Assembly (NCBI GenBank): GCA_019745365.1
Contig: JAIETI010000018.1
Location: 4,811-68,810 of the forward strand
From: Gemmatimonadaceae bacterium
GTDB taxonomy: Bacteria; Gemmatimonadota; Gemmatimonadetes; Gemmatimonadales; Gemmatimonadaceae
Length of the DNA: 64,000 nt
Reading direction: 5' to 3'
Shown here in pieces: positions 23,363-31,111 of this stretch (position 1 is its first letter; the number at the start of each line of letters is the position of its first letter). The position numbers and the translations under genes are program-made. Under the pieces are notes generated by a model. It saw nothing but the letters and a program-made list of their open reading frames with translations, was not told the origin of the DNA and ran no database searches.

Positions 23363-25731
23363 CCGACTCTCCTCCTCCCGCGCGCGACGTCCGCTCGTTC
23401 TGGGCGTACCTCCTTCAGATCGTCGGCGCGCTGACGCTCGCCGCACCGGCGCTCGCTGGCCGCTTCCTGGTCAACCCGTGGAGCGACCAGTACATCGCGG
23501 GCTATGCCTTTCGCGAGTACGCGGCGGCGACACTCAAGGCCGCCGGCAGCTTCCCGCAGTGGAATCCGTATCTGTTCGGTGGGATGCCATACATCGCGGC
23601 GATGCATGGCGACATCTTCTATCCGACCTTCCTGCTGCGCATGATCCTCCCGACCGACGTCGCGATGACATGGGGGATGATCCTGCACCTGATGCTCGCT
23701 GGGATCTGCACGGTCGCGTTCCTCCGCGCCCAGGGGCTCGGCATGGCCGCCGCTGCGGTCGGCGGCATCGCGTACATGATGAGCGGGCAGGTCGCGTCGC
23801 TCGTCTCCCCAGGACACGATGGCAAGCTGTTCATCTCCGCGCTCCTCCCGCTGACCCTCCTCGTACTCACGTATGGGATGCGCGACGGAAAGCGCTGGGC
23901 GTGGGGCGTGCTCTCGCTCGTGATCGGACTCGGTGTGCTCACGCCACACCCGCAGCTCTTCCAGTATCTCTTGCTCGCGAGCGGTGGCTGGGCGCTCGTG
24001 CTCGCGTTCGCGCCGCTCGACGGCACGCCGCTCCCGCGCACCGTGGCGGTCCAACGGTTGGGATGGGCCCTGGGCGCTGTGCTCCTCGGCGGCTTGATCG
24101 GGGCGGTGCAGTTCGCTCCGGTGCGCGAATACGTGGCATGGTCGCCGCGCGCCGGTGGACGCGACTACGAGTACGCGACCTCCTTCTCGATGCCACCGGA
24201 GGAACTCATCTCCGCGTGGATCCCACAGTTCAGCGGGATCCTCGAGGCCTATTGGGGCCGCAACCCGCTCAAGTTGCACAGCGAGTACCTCGGCGTCGTC
24301 ACGCTCTTACTCGCGGGACTCGCGTTCGGTAGCACGACCGAGGTGCGTCAGCGCGGGCTTCGCCGTTTTGCGATCGGTGTCGGCGTCATCTCGCTGTTCT
24401 GGGCTCTCGGCGGGTACACGCCGTTCTACCAGTTGGTCTACGCGATCGTCCCTGGCGCGAAGTTCTTCCGTGCGCCGAGCACGATCTACTTCGTCACCAC
24501 CTTCGCGGTGGCGCTCCTCGCGGCCCTGGGCGTGCAGCGCGTGGCGGATGGCCGCGTGTCGATGCGTGCGGTGATGGTGTGGGGCGGGGTAGGGACGCTC
24601 TCGGCGGTCCTGGCGCTCACGGGGGCGCTGGGCAACCTCGCGGCATCGGTCGCGATCCCGCAGCGTCTCGATGCGGTCGATGCGAACCGCGCCGCGCTCG
24701 CGTTCGGCGGGTGGCGGGTGCTCGCCTTCGCCGCGCTCGCGACGTTCACGCTCTGGCAGACGGTGACGGCGCGGCTTCCACGCCACGCGGTGGTGTGGGC
24801 GTTCGCGCTCTTCATGATCGGCGATTCGTGGACGGTCGAGCGGCGGTACTGGCAGTTCTCCGAGCCCGCCGCGCGCATCTACGGCGATGACGACATCACT
24901 CGATACCTCGCCAAGCAGGACGCGCCAGGGCGGGTCATCGCCGCGCCGATCGCCGGGACGGGGGTGCCGCACGATCCGTTCTTGAGTGGCGATGCATTCA
25001 TGAGCCATCGTGTGCGCACGGTGCTCGGCTATCACGGCAATGAGATCGGCCGCTACCAGCGCCTCGGCAACAAGGACGCGGGATGGTCGCAGATCGCGAA
25101 CCCCGCGTTCTGGCAACTCGCGAACGCGCGATGGTTCTACACCGACAGCGATTCGCTCCCGATCCCGGGTGCGACGCGCGTGGTGGGGCCGATCCAGAAC
25201 GCGGCTGGCTCGCGCGTCTCGCTCTTCCAGCTGCCGGGCGCGAACCCGCTCGCGTGGGTGGCGCCGCAGATGGCGCGCTACCCCGACGACGCCGTGGCCC
25301 AAGCGGTGATGGCACCGAACTTCCCGACGTATTCGCTCGCGCTGTTCGATACGAGCGCGAAGATCGATGCTGGGCCCGCGGCGGCGATCCCCGCGCCGCT
25401 GGCGCTGCAGGTCACGACGACGGCGTACGCACCGGGCGCGATCTCGCTCGCGCTCAGCGCCCCCGCGCCGGCGGGCTCCGCGCTCGTCGTCTCCGAGAAC
25501 TACTTCCCGGGGTGGACGGCGACGGTTGATGGCAAGGTGACCGCGATCGATCGGGTGAATCTCTCGCTCATTGGGGTGCCGCTCCCGGCTGGCGCGCAGC
25601 GCGTGGAGCTGCGCTTCGCGGATCCGGCGTACGCGACGGGGAAGGTGATCACGCTGGTCGCACTCGCCGCGGCGATGCTGTTGGCGATCGCGGGTGTCGT
25701 GACCGAGCGGCGTCGAGGTGCCCATGCCTGA
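23359..25731 (+). CDS. large polytopic membrane protein, YfhO-like/GT-C-like putative periplasmic glycosyltransferase
   Basis: About 790 aa. An N-terminal multi-TM block (WNPYLFGGMPYIAAMHGDIFYPTFLL) is followed by a large soluble domain and a single C-terminal TM, which is the YfhO-type topology. GTG 23359 overlaps the upstream stop. Confidence 0.55.
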   Translation: MTDSPPPARDVRSFWAYLLQIVGALTLAAPALAGRFLVNPWSDQYIAGYAFREYAAATLKAAGSFPQWNPYLFGGMPYIAAMHGDIFYPTFLLRMILPTDVAMTWGMILHLMLAGICTVAFLRAQGLGMAAAAVGGIAYMMSGQVASLVSPGHDGKLFISALLPLTLLVLTYGMRDGKRWAWGVLSLVIGLGVLTPHPQLFQYLLLASGGWALVLAFAPLDGTPLPRTVAVQRLGWALGAVLLGGLIGAVQFAPVREYVAWSPRAGGRDYEYATSFSMPPEELISAWIPQFSGILEAYWGRNPLKLHSEYLGVVTLLLAGLAFGSTTEVRQRGLRRFAIGVGVISLFWALGGYTPFYQLVYAIVPGAKFFRAPSTIYFVTTFAVALLAALGVQRVADGRVSMRAVMVWGGVGTLSAVLALTGALGNLAASVAIPQRLDAVDANRAALAFGGWRVLAFAALATFTLWQTVTARLPRHAVVWAFALFMIGDSWTVERRYWQFSEPAARIYGDDDITRYLAKQDAPGRVIAAPIAGTGVPHDPFLSGDAFMSHRVRTVLGYHGNEIGRYQRLGNKDAGWSQIANPAFWQLANARWFYTDSDSLPIPGATRVVGPIQNAAGSRVSLFQLPGANPLAWVAPQMARYPDDAVAQAVMAPNFPTYSLALFDTSAKIDAGPAAAIPAPLALQVTTTAYAPGAISLALSAPAPAGSALVVSENYFPGWTATVDGKVTAIDRVNLSLIGVPLPAGAQRVELRFADPAYATGKVITLVALAAAMLLAIAGVVTERRRGAHA

Positions 25732-26449
25732 ACGCGCCCTGGTGATCGTCCCCACGTACAATGAAAAGGACAATATCCGGAACCTGATCTCTCAGGTGCT
25801 CGCGCAGGACGCACGCCTGGAGATCCTGGTCGTCGATGACAACTCGCCGGATGGGACCGGGGCGATCGTGCAGGAGCTCGCTGCGAGCGAGCCACGCGTC
25901 CATCTGCTTGCGCGCCCCGGGAAGAACGGGCTCGGGACGGCGTATCGCGATGGCTTTCGGTGGGCGCTCGCGCGCCCGGAGTACGAGCTGATCTTCGAGA
26001 TGGATGCGGATTTCAGCCACGATCCGGCGCATCTCCCCGAGTTCATCGCGGCGTCGCGCGAGGCGGACTTCGTGTTGGGATCGCGCTACCGTGATGGCAA
26101 GGTGACGGTGGTGAACTGGCCGATCAGTCGCCTTATACTCAGTTATACCGCGAACATCTACGCCCGCTGGGTGACGGGCGTCCGGCTCTGGGACGCGACG
26201 GGCGGCTTCAAGTGTTTCCACCGACGCGTGCTCGCGGCGATCGATCTCGACAAGGTCCGTTCGAACGGCTACGCCTTCCAGATCGAGATGAGCTTTCGCG
26301 CCATCCAGAAGGGGTTCACGGCCAAGGAGATCACGATCACCTTCACCGACCGCACGGAAGGCGAATCGAAGATGGCCAAGGGGATCGTCGGCGAGGCGAT
26401 CCTGATGGTCTGGTGGCTCCGCTGGTGGCAGCTGACCGGGCAACTCTAG
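25724..26449 (+). CDS. polyprenol/dolichol-phosphate mannose synthase-like GT2
   Basis: Contains LVIVPTYNEKDNI, VVDDNSPDGTG and the GGFKCF motifs of the Ppm1/DPM1 family. Start is ATG 25724 or GTG 25718, both overlapping the upstream gene. Confidence 0.85.
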   Translation: MPERALVIVPTYNEKDNIRNLISQVLAQDARLEILVVDDNSPDGTGAIVQELAASEPRVHLLARPGKNGLGTAYRDGFRWALARPEYELIFEMDADFSHDPAHLPEFIAASREADFVLGSRYRDGKVTVVNWPISRLILSYTANIYARWVTGVRLWDATGGFKCFHRRVLAAIDLDKVRSNGYAFQIEMSFRAIQKGFTAKEITITFTDRTEGESKMAKGIVGEAILMVWWLRWWQLTGQL

Positions 26450-26450
26450 G

Positions 26451-27281
26451 GTGATCGCCGCCGGTGCGCCGTTCTGGAAGATGTCGGGGTCGGGAAACGA
26501 CTTCGTCTTTTTTGACGCCCGGAACGGACTCGATCTCACCGCGTGGCCACCGGAGCGGATCCAAGCCATCTGCGCCGCCCACACCGGGGTCGGCGCCGAC
26601 GGGATCGTGCTGCTCACGACCGACGCGTCACTCCCGCTGCGGATCATCTACTTCAATCGGGATGGCAGTCGGGGCGAGCTCTGCGGGAACGCCTCGCTCT
26701 GTACGGTTCGCCTCGCCGCCGAACTCGGCATCCCCTTCGATGGCGGGGAGCTCCGCTTCGGTACCGATTCGGGGACGGTGACCGGCCGACTCCGGCCCGA
26801 CGATGGCCGTCCCGAGATCGATCTGGGGAGCATCTCGGGGGTCGACTTGACCTCGCCGGCAATCACTCGGCATCCGGAAGAGGCGCAGCTGGGGTTCGCG
26901 TCGGTTGGGGTTCCGCACCTGGTCGTCGTGGTCCCGGACGCCGAAACGGCAGAGCTCCCGGTCCGGGGCCCCGAACTTCGATACCATCTGTCGTTGACCG
27001 CCGGTGCCAACGTGAACTTCGTGAGCCGACGGCCTGAGGGCTGGAGGATCAGAACCTGGGAGCGCGGCGTCGAGGCCGAGACTTTGGCGTGCGGGACCGG
27101 CTGCTGCGCTTCCGCCGCCCTCCTCGCCGCCTGGGGGCTCGCCCCCGGGGAAGGGACCATCCTTCAGGTCGAATCAGGCCGAACGGTACGCGTCCGTCTC
27201 AGATCGACCCCCGACGGCATCGCGCCATCACTGTCAGGGGAGGGCCGTGTGGTTTACACCGGCCAACTAGCCGAACTCTAA
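26451..27281 (+). CDS. dapF: diaminopimelate epimerase
   Basis: 276 aa with FWKMSGSGNDFVFFD, the first catalytic Cys in CGNASLC and the second in ACGTGCCA. Confidence 0.94.
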   Translation: MIAAGAPFWKMSGSGNDFVFFDARNGLDLTAWPPERIQAICAAHTGVGADGIVLLTTDASLPLRIIYFNRDGSRGELCGNASLCTVRLAAELGIPFDGGELRFGTDSGTVTGRLRPDDGRPEIDLGSISGVDLTSPAITRHPEEAQLGFASVGVPHLVVVVPDAETAELPVRGPELRYHLSLTAGANVNFVSRRPEGWRIRTWERGVEAETLACGTGCCASAALLAAWGLAPGEGTILQVESGRTVRVRLRSTPDGIAPSLSGEGRVVYTGQLAEL

Positions 27282-27302
27282 GTCGGCGCCTCACCAGGGT
27301 AG

Positions 27303-27336
27303 TTCCTGTTTTTCCTGTCGTTCCTGTCTCTCCTGT
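27303..27336 (+). repeat. four tandem 9-bp units (T/C)TCCTGTnn, left of the dif-like site
   Basis: TTCCTGT begins at 27303, 27312 and 27321, and CTCCTGT at 27330, an exact 9-bp period. The stretch 27315-27336 is complementary to 27392-27413 at 20 of 22 positions. Confidence 0.9.
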
Positions 27337-27363
27337 GCACAACCCCCCCCTTTCCACATCCCG

Positions 27364-27391
27364 CCTTTACATAATACATATTATAGGCACT
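27364..27391 (-). other. dif: candidate chromosomal dif site (XerC/XerD recombination target)
   Basis: The minus strand reads AGTGCCTATAA-TATGTA-TTATGTAAAGG. From memory this is 20/28 identical to E. coli dif and 22/28 to B. subtilis dif, with the inner ATAA/TTATGT positions fully conserved. It is the only AT-rich patch in the window and lies in the convergent gap where gene orientation flips. Confidence 0.72.
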
Positions 27392-27420
27392 ACAGGAGGG
27401 ACAGGAAAGACAGAGGAGGT
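27392..27420 (-). repeat. three tandem 9-bp units ACAGGAnnn on + (TCCTGT on -), directly abutting the dif-like site
   Basis: ACAGGAGGG starts at 27392, ACAGGAAAG at 27401 and the degenerate ACAGAGGAG at 27410. Same 9-bp period as the left array, in inverted orientation. Confidence 0.85.
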
Positions 27421-27480
27421 GTGGCGGCACTATGGCGCCACACCCCCTATCGTTCTTGTGTGCTCTCGCGATCTCTAGTG

Positions 27481-27513
27481 AGATCTGAAGGGGTGGCGTA
27501 CCCCTTCAGATCT
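27481..27513 (-). terminator. perfect 13-bp stem / 7-nt loop hairpin, likely terminator of the TPR gene (possibly bidirectional)
   Basis: AGATCTGAAGGGG-tggcgta-CCCCTTCAGATCT lies 8 nt beyond the stop of the - strand gene that ends at 27522. There is no clear U-tract on either strand. Confidence 0.5.
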
Positions 27514-27521
27514 GGTGAGCG

Positions 27522-28151
27522 CTAGTTGGACTTTGCGGTGAGTTCGCCGAGGCGGACTCTCGCCTCGGCGGCCACCGACGACTCTTCGTTCGCGGCGAGG
27601 GCCGCCCAGATCTTCTCGGCTTCCGCCTTCTTGCCGGCGGCGACCAGCGCGCGGGCCTGCTCGGCCTTCATGTAGTCCCGGTCGCCCGAGAGCTCCGCCG
27701 CTTCGGCAGCCATGCCGTAGTGCTTCGCGGCCTCTTCGTGCTTCCCCTGATCCTGGTGCGCGGCGGCGATGAGGGCGTGAACGCCGGACTGGAAGTGCTT
27801 CGGGACCTTCGTCCCCTCAAGCGCCTTCAGGCCGTCGGCGTACTTCCCCTGATCGAAGAGCACCTGCGCGAGGAGCATCGACGCCTCGGCACCCCCAGAG
27901 GTGCCCGCGTAGCGGAGCGCGACCTTTCCAAGCTCCTTTTCGGCGAGCGCTGCGTTCCCCGCATCGAACGCCCGAGCGGCCTCGGCGAACGCCGCGTCGG
28001 CGCGATCGGCCTTGATCTGCGCCGAGCGATTCCAGAGGTAGCCCGCCCCGCCGCCCGCCACGAGCACGATGGCAGCGATGCTGAGGTTCCGGCTGTTCTG
28101 GCGGAAGAAGTCGACCCAGCGGTCGGTGTCGAGCGAGCTATCCTGAGACAT
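27522..28151 (-). CDS. membrane-anchored TPR protein (YfgM-like)
   Basis: 209 aa. One N-terminal TM (LSIAAIVLVAGGGAGYLW) is followed by Ala-rich TPR-like helices. Size and layout resemble YfgM. Confidence 0.6.
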   Translation of the reverse strand: MSQDSSLDTDRWVDFFRQNSRNLSIAAIVLVAGGGAGYLWNRSAQIKADRADAAFAEAARAFDAGNAALAEKELGKVALRYAGTSGGAEASMLLAQVLFDQGKYADGLKALEGTKVPKHFQSGVHALIAAAHQDQGKHEEAAKHYGMAAEAAELSGDRDYMKAEQARALVAAGKKAEAEKIWAALAANEESSVAAEARVRLGELTAKSN

Positions 28152-28229
28152 TGAACGATTCGGATTTCGAGGAGAACTGGATGAGACCTCGAAAGCTAAA
28201 CACCGGAATGCCGCGGGTGTAGCGCCCCA

Positions 28230-28556
28230 TTACCGGAGGCGGCCGTACATCAGGTCGAGGAGCTCGTCGTGCATCCGGCTTGCCTCTGCCGGCCCCGAGC
28301 TGATCGCCTGATGGGCACAGTGCCGCAGGTGGTTCCGCATCAGTTCGCGTCCGACGGCGCGGAGCGCCTGTTGGATGGAGGCGATCTGGGTGATCACGTC
28401 GGCGCAGTAGCGCTCTTCCTCGACCATACGATGGACCCCCCGCACCTGCCCTTCGATGCGCTTGAGCCGAGCGAGCGCCTTGGACTTGGTCGCGGGCTCG
28501 ACATGCGCGGCGTGCCGAACAGCCGAGGCACGCTTCGGGTGGCGGGCGCTGGTCAT
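28230..28556 (-). CDS. csoR: CsoR/RcnR-family metal-sensing transcriptional repressor
   Basis: 108 aa with [36 protein letters not shown] and a later HC pair, which together give the Cys/His/Cys copper ligand pattern. Overlaps the copA stop. Confidence 0.9.
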   Translation of the reverse strand: MTSARHPKRASAVRHAAHVEPATKSKALARLKRIEGQVRGVHRMVEEERYCADVITQIASIQQALRAVGRELMRNHLRHCAHQAISSGPAEASRMHDELLDLMYGRLR

Positions 28557-30739
28557 CGGAGTCTCAGGCGTTGGAGGCGGAGGGAGTTCACCACGACGCT
28601 CACCGAACTGAGCGCCATCGCCGCGCTCGCAACGCTGGGCGAGAGCGCGAGTCCGGTGCTTGGGAGGAGCACCCCTGCGGCGAGCGGGATCCCGACGACG
28701 TTGTAGCCGAAGGCCCAGCCGAGGTTCTGTCGCATCACACGCATCGCCGCCCGGGCGATCTGGAGCGCGTGCACGGCGCGCACGGGATCGCTCCGCAGGA
28801 GGGCGATGTCGGCGGCGTCGATGGCGATGTCACTCCCACTCCCCATCGCGATCCCGACATCGGCCGCGGCGAGCGCAGGCGCATCATTGATCCCATCGCC
28901 GACCATCGCCACGCGGTGCCCCTCCGCTTGCCAGGCCCGGAGTGCCGCCACCTTCCCTTCTGGGCGGAGATCGGCTTCGACTCGGCGGATTCCGACACGC
29001 GCCGCGAGCGCCTCAGCGACCACGCGGCGGTCCCCGCTCAGGAGCACGACGTCGACCGCCATCGCGCGCGCCGCGCGCACGGCTTCAGTGCTCTCAGCGC
29101 GCACGGTGTCTTCGAGGACGAACGTGCCGGCATGTGCGCCCGCGACGGCCACATGAACGACCGTGTCCGGCGTCGCCGCATCGTCGGGGATGACCACGCC
29201 TCGGCCGGTGAGGAACGCGGACGAACCGAGTGCGATGGCCACGCCGTCCACCATCCCACTCACCCCCTGCCCCGGTCGTGCCCGCACGAGCGAGGCCTCG
29301 CGCGTCTCGGCATTCTCCTCTGCCCCATACGCGGCGATGGCTTTCGCGAGCGGATGCTCGGAGCGACGTGCCAGCGCGGTCGCCTGCGCGAGCACCACCG
29401 CTCGTTCGTGCGCGGCCGCCGCGGTGAACCCGTTGACCGTCGGCGCGCCCATCGTGAGGGTGCCGGTCTTGTCGAACGCGATCAGGTCGATCGTGGCCGC
29501 CCGCTGCAGGGGGATGGCTCCGCGGAAGAGGATCCCCGCCTGTGCTGCACGACCCGTGGCGACCATCACGGCGGCAGGAACCGCCAGCCCCATGGCACAC
29601 GGACAGGCGATGATCAGCACGGCGATCATCGACCGCAGCCCCGTGGCCCAGTCGTGTGCGATGCCCCCCCAGGCCACGAGCGTGAGCAGCGCGATCGCTG
29701 CCACCGCAGGGACGAATGACGCCGAGACGCGGTCCGCGAGTTCCTGGATCGGTGCCCGTGCACCTTGGGCATCACGGACCGCAGCGATGATGCGCGAGAG
29801 GACCGTCGCCTCGCCGACGCGCACCACGCGCAGGCGCAGCGCGCCGTCGACCGCGACGCTCCCACCGACCACCGCGTCGCCGGGCCGCTTCAGTACGGGG
29901 ATCGGTTCGCCGGTCAGCATCGCCTCGTCCACCCCGGACTCGCCCTCGAGAACGACGGCGTCAACCGGGATGCTCTCGCCGGGCACGACGCGGACGACAT
30001 CGTCGATGCGAATCTGCGAGAGCGCGACACGCTGCTCGACCCCGTCGCGCTCCACGAGCGCCTCGGACGGACGCAACGCGCCCAAGCGCGCGATGGCCGA
30101 GGTCGCCGCGCCGCGCGCCCGCGCGTCGAGCGCGCGCCCGAGCTGCACGAATCCAAGGATAAAGAGGATCGCCTCGGCGTAGTTGCTGTCCATCGCCATC
30201 ATCCCGCGGCGATCCACCGCGAGCGAGAACGCGGACGCGAGCCACGCCGCGCTGGTCCCCAACGCGATGAGCACGTTCATGTCGGCGCCGCCGTGCCGCA
30301 GCGCATTCCACGCCCGACGGTAGAATCCGCGCCCCGAGGTCAGCATCGCGGCGCTCGCGAGGGCGAGCAGGATCCAGGGCGTGCTGGGCGCGTGCATCGC
30401 AGTCATCGCGAGCCCCATCGCCACCGCGCCAGCGCTGAGCAGGACGATCGCGTCACGTCGCGCCGTGCGGAACTCCGAGGTGCCGTCATCCACGGACGCG
30501 TCGTCAGGGATGAGCGCCGACGCGCCGTATCCTGCGGCTTCTACTGCGGCCACCAGCGTCGCGACCGCAGGCGGCTGGGCCGTGGGATGCACCCGCGCTT
30601 CGTGCATCAGCAGGTTGACCTCTGCACTCGCGACCCCCGAAACGCGTCGCAACGCCTGCGTGACGTGCGACTGACAGGCCGCGCAGGTCATCCCGGAGAT
30701 CTGGAGCACGATCGGACGTTCCGCCGGTACCGTTGTCAT
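28553..30739 (-). CDS. copA: copper-translocating P1B-type ATPase
   Basis: 728 aa with an N-terminal HMA domain ([11 protein letters not shown]), the CPC motif (CPCAMGLA), DKTGTLT, and the [10 protein letters not shown] hinge. Confidence 0.95.
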   Translation of the reverse strand: MTTVPAERPIVLQISGMTCAACQSHVTQALRRVSGVASAEVNLLMHEARVHPTAQPPAVATLVAAVEAAGYGASALIPDDASVDDGTSEFRTARRDAIVLLSAGAVAMGLAMTAMHAPSTPWILLALASAAMLTSGRGFYRRAWNALRHGGADMNVLIALGTSAAWLASAFSLAVDRRGMMAMDSNYAEAILFILGFVQLGRALDARARGAATSAIARLGALRPSEALVERDGVEQRVALSQIRIDDVVRVVPGESIPVDAVVLEGESGVDEAMLTGEPIPVLKRPGDAVVGGSVAVDGALRLRVVRVGEATVLSRIIAAVRDAQGARAPIQELADRVSASFVPAVAAIALLTLVAWGGIAHDWATGLRSMIAVLIIACPCAMGLAVPAAVMVATGRAAQAGILFRGAIPLQRAATIDLIAFDKTGTLTMGAPTVNGFTAAAAHERAVVLAQATALARRSEHPLAKAIAAYGAEENAETREASLVRARPGQGVSGMVDGVAIALGSSAFLTGRGVVIPDDAATPDTVVHVAVAGAHAGTFVLEDTVRAESTEAVRAARAMAVDVVLLSGDRRVVAEALAARVGIRRVEADLRPEGKVAALRAWQAEGHRVAMVGDGINDAPALAAADVGIAMGSGSDIAIDAADIALLRSDPVRAVHALQIARAAMRVMRQNLGWAFGYNVVGIPLAAGVLLPSTGLALSPSVASAAMALSSVSVVVNSLRLQRLRLR

Positions 30740-30748
30740 GCGGGTAAT

Positions 30749-30765
30749 ATACCCCTAGGGGGTAT
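30749..30765. promoter_or_regulatory. CsoR-type operator palindrome ATACCCC-TAG-GGGGTAT overlapping a -10-like TATATT
   Basis: Perfect 7-bp inverted repeat 10 nt upstream of the copA ATG. GC-rich TACCCC/GGGGTA palindromes are the known CsoR operator type. On the - strand TATATT (30751-30746) lies 6 nt before the ATG. Confidence 0.62.
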
Positions 30766-31111
30766 TCTCAGGAAGGCCGGTTCACGAGCGTTCCCGGCCA
30801 CGCGTGCCCGAGCGCTCGTGCAGGCGTGGACCGTCTCGCTCCTCTCACCGCTCTCTGCGAGCGGCCGCTCCAGCGCGCCGGTATCCTCGGGAGAGTACCC
30901 AGTCCCCTGCCTGTGCGCCGTGAGACCCGTGCCGTTGCCCGCGTAGGCACGCATGCCCGGCCATGGGCTGAGGCCTCGCGCCGCTCCGGCGGTGTTGCCG
31001 TTCCTGCCGCTCGGATTCCCCGCTTGTCCCGATCGCTCCTCGGCGCGGAGCTCGTGCGCGCCCTCCACGCATTCTTCGCGTGGCAACGCCTCACACCATA
31101 GCTTCCACCTG

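Noticed and set aside
27303-27420. The tandem repeats considered as a CRISPR array or a minisatellite.
   Set aside because: The units are 9 bp with only 2 variable bases between 7-bp cores, so there are no spacers. No cas genes are present. The two blocks are mutually inverted around a dif-like core. This is not CRISPR architecture.
27432-27488. 18-codon ORF (MAPHPLSFLCALAISSEI) beside the dif-like site, with GGAGG 12 nt upstream and a strong hairpin downstream. Considered as a possible type I toxin or leader peptide.
   Set aside because: The GGAGG belongs to the degenerate third repeat unit and sits at a poor distance from the ATG. The ORF is made of hairpin arms. There is no independent evidence of coding, and it is too short to evaluate from sequence alone.
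30826-31101. 91-aa ORF (and antisense partners) in the copA/methyltransferase spacer, considered as a candidate small copper chaperone or regulator.
   Set aside because: It has no CxxC metal-binding motif, no ribosome-binding site and an Arg/Pro/Ala-rich composition. Three overlapping ORFs in different frames score equally, which points to non-coding GC-rich sequence.
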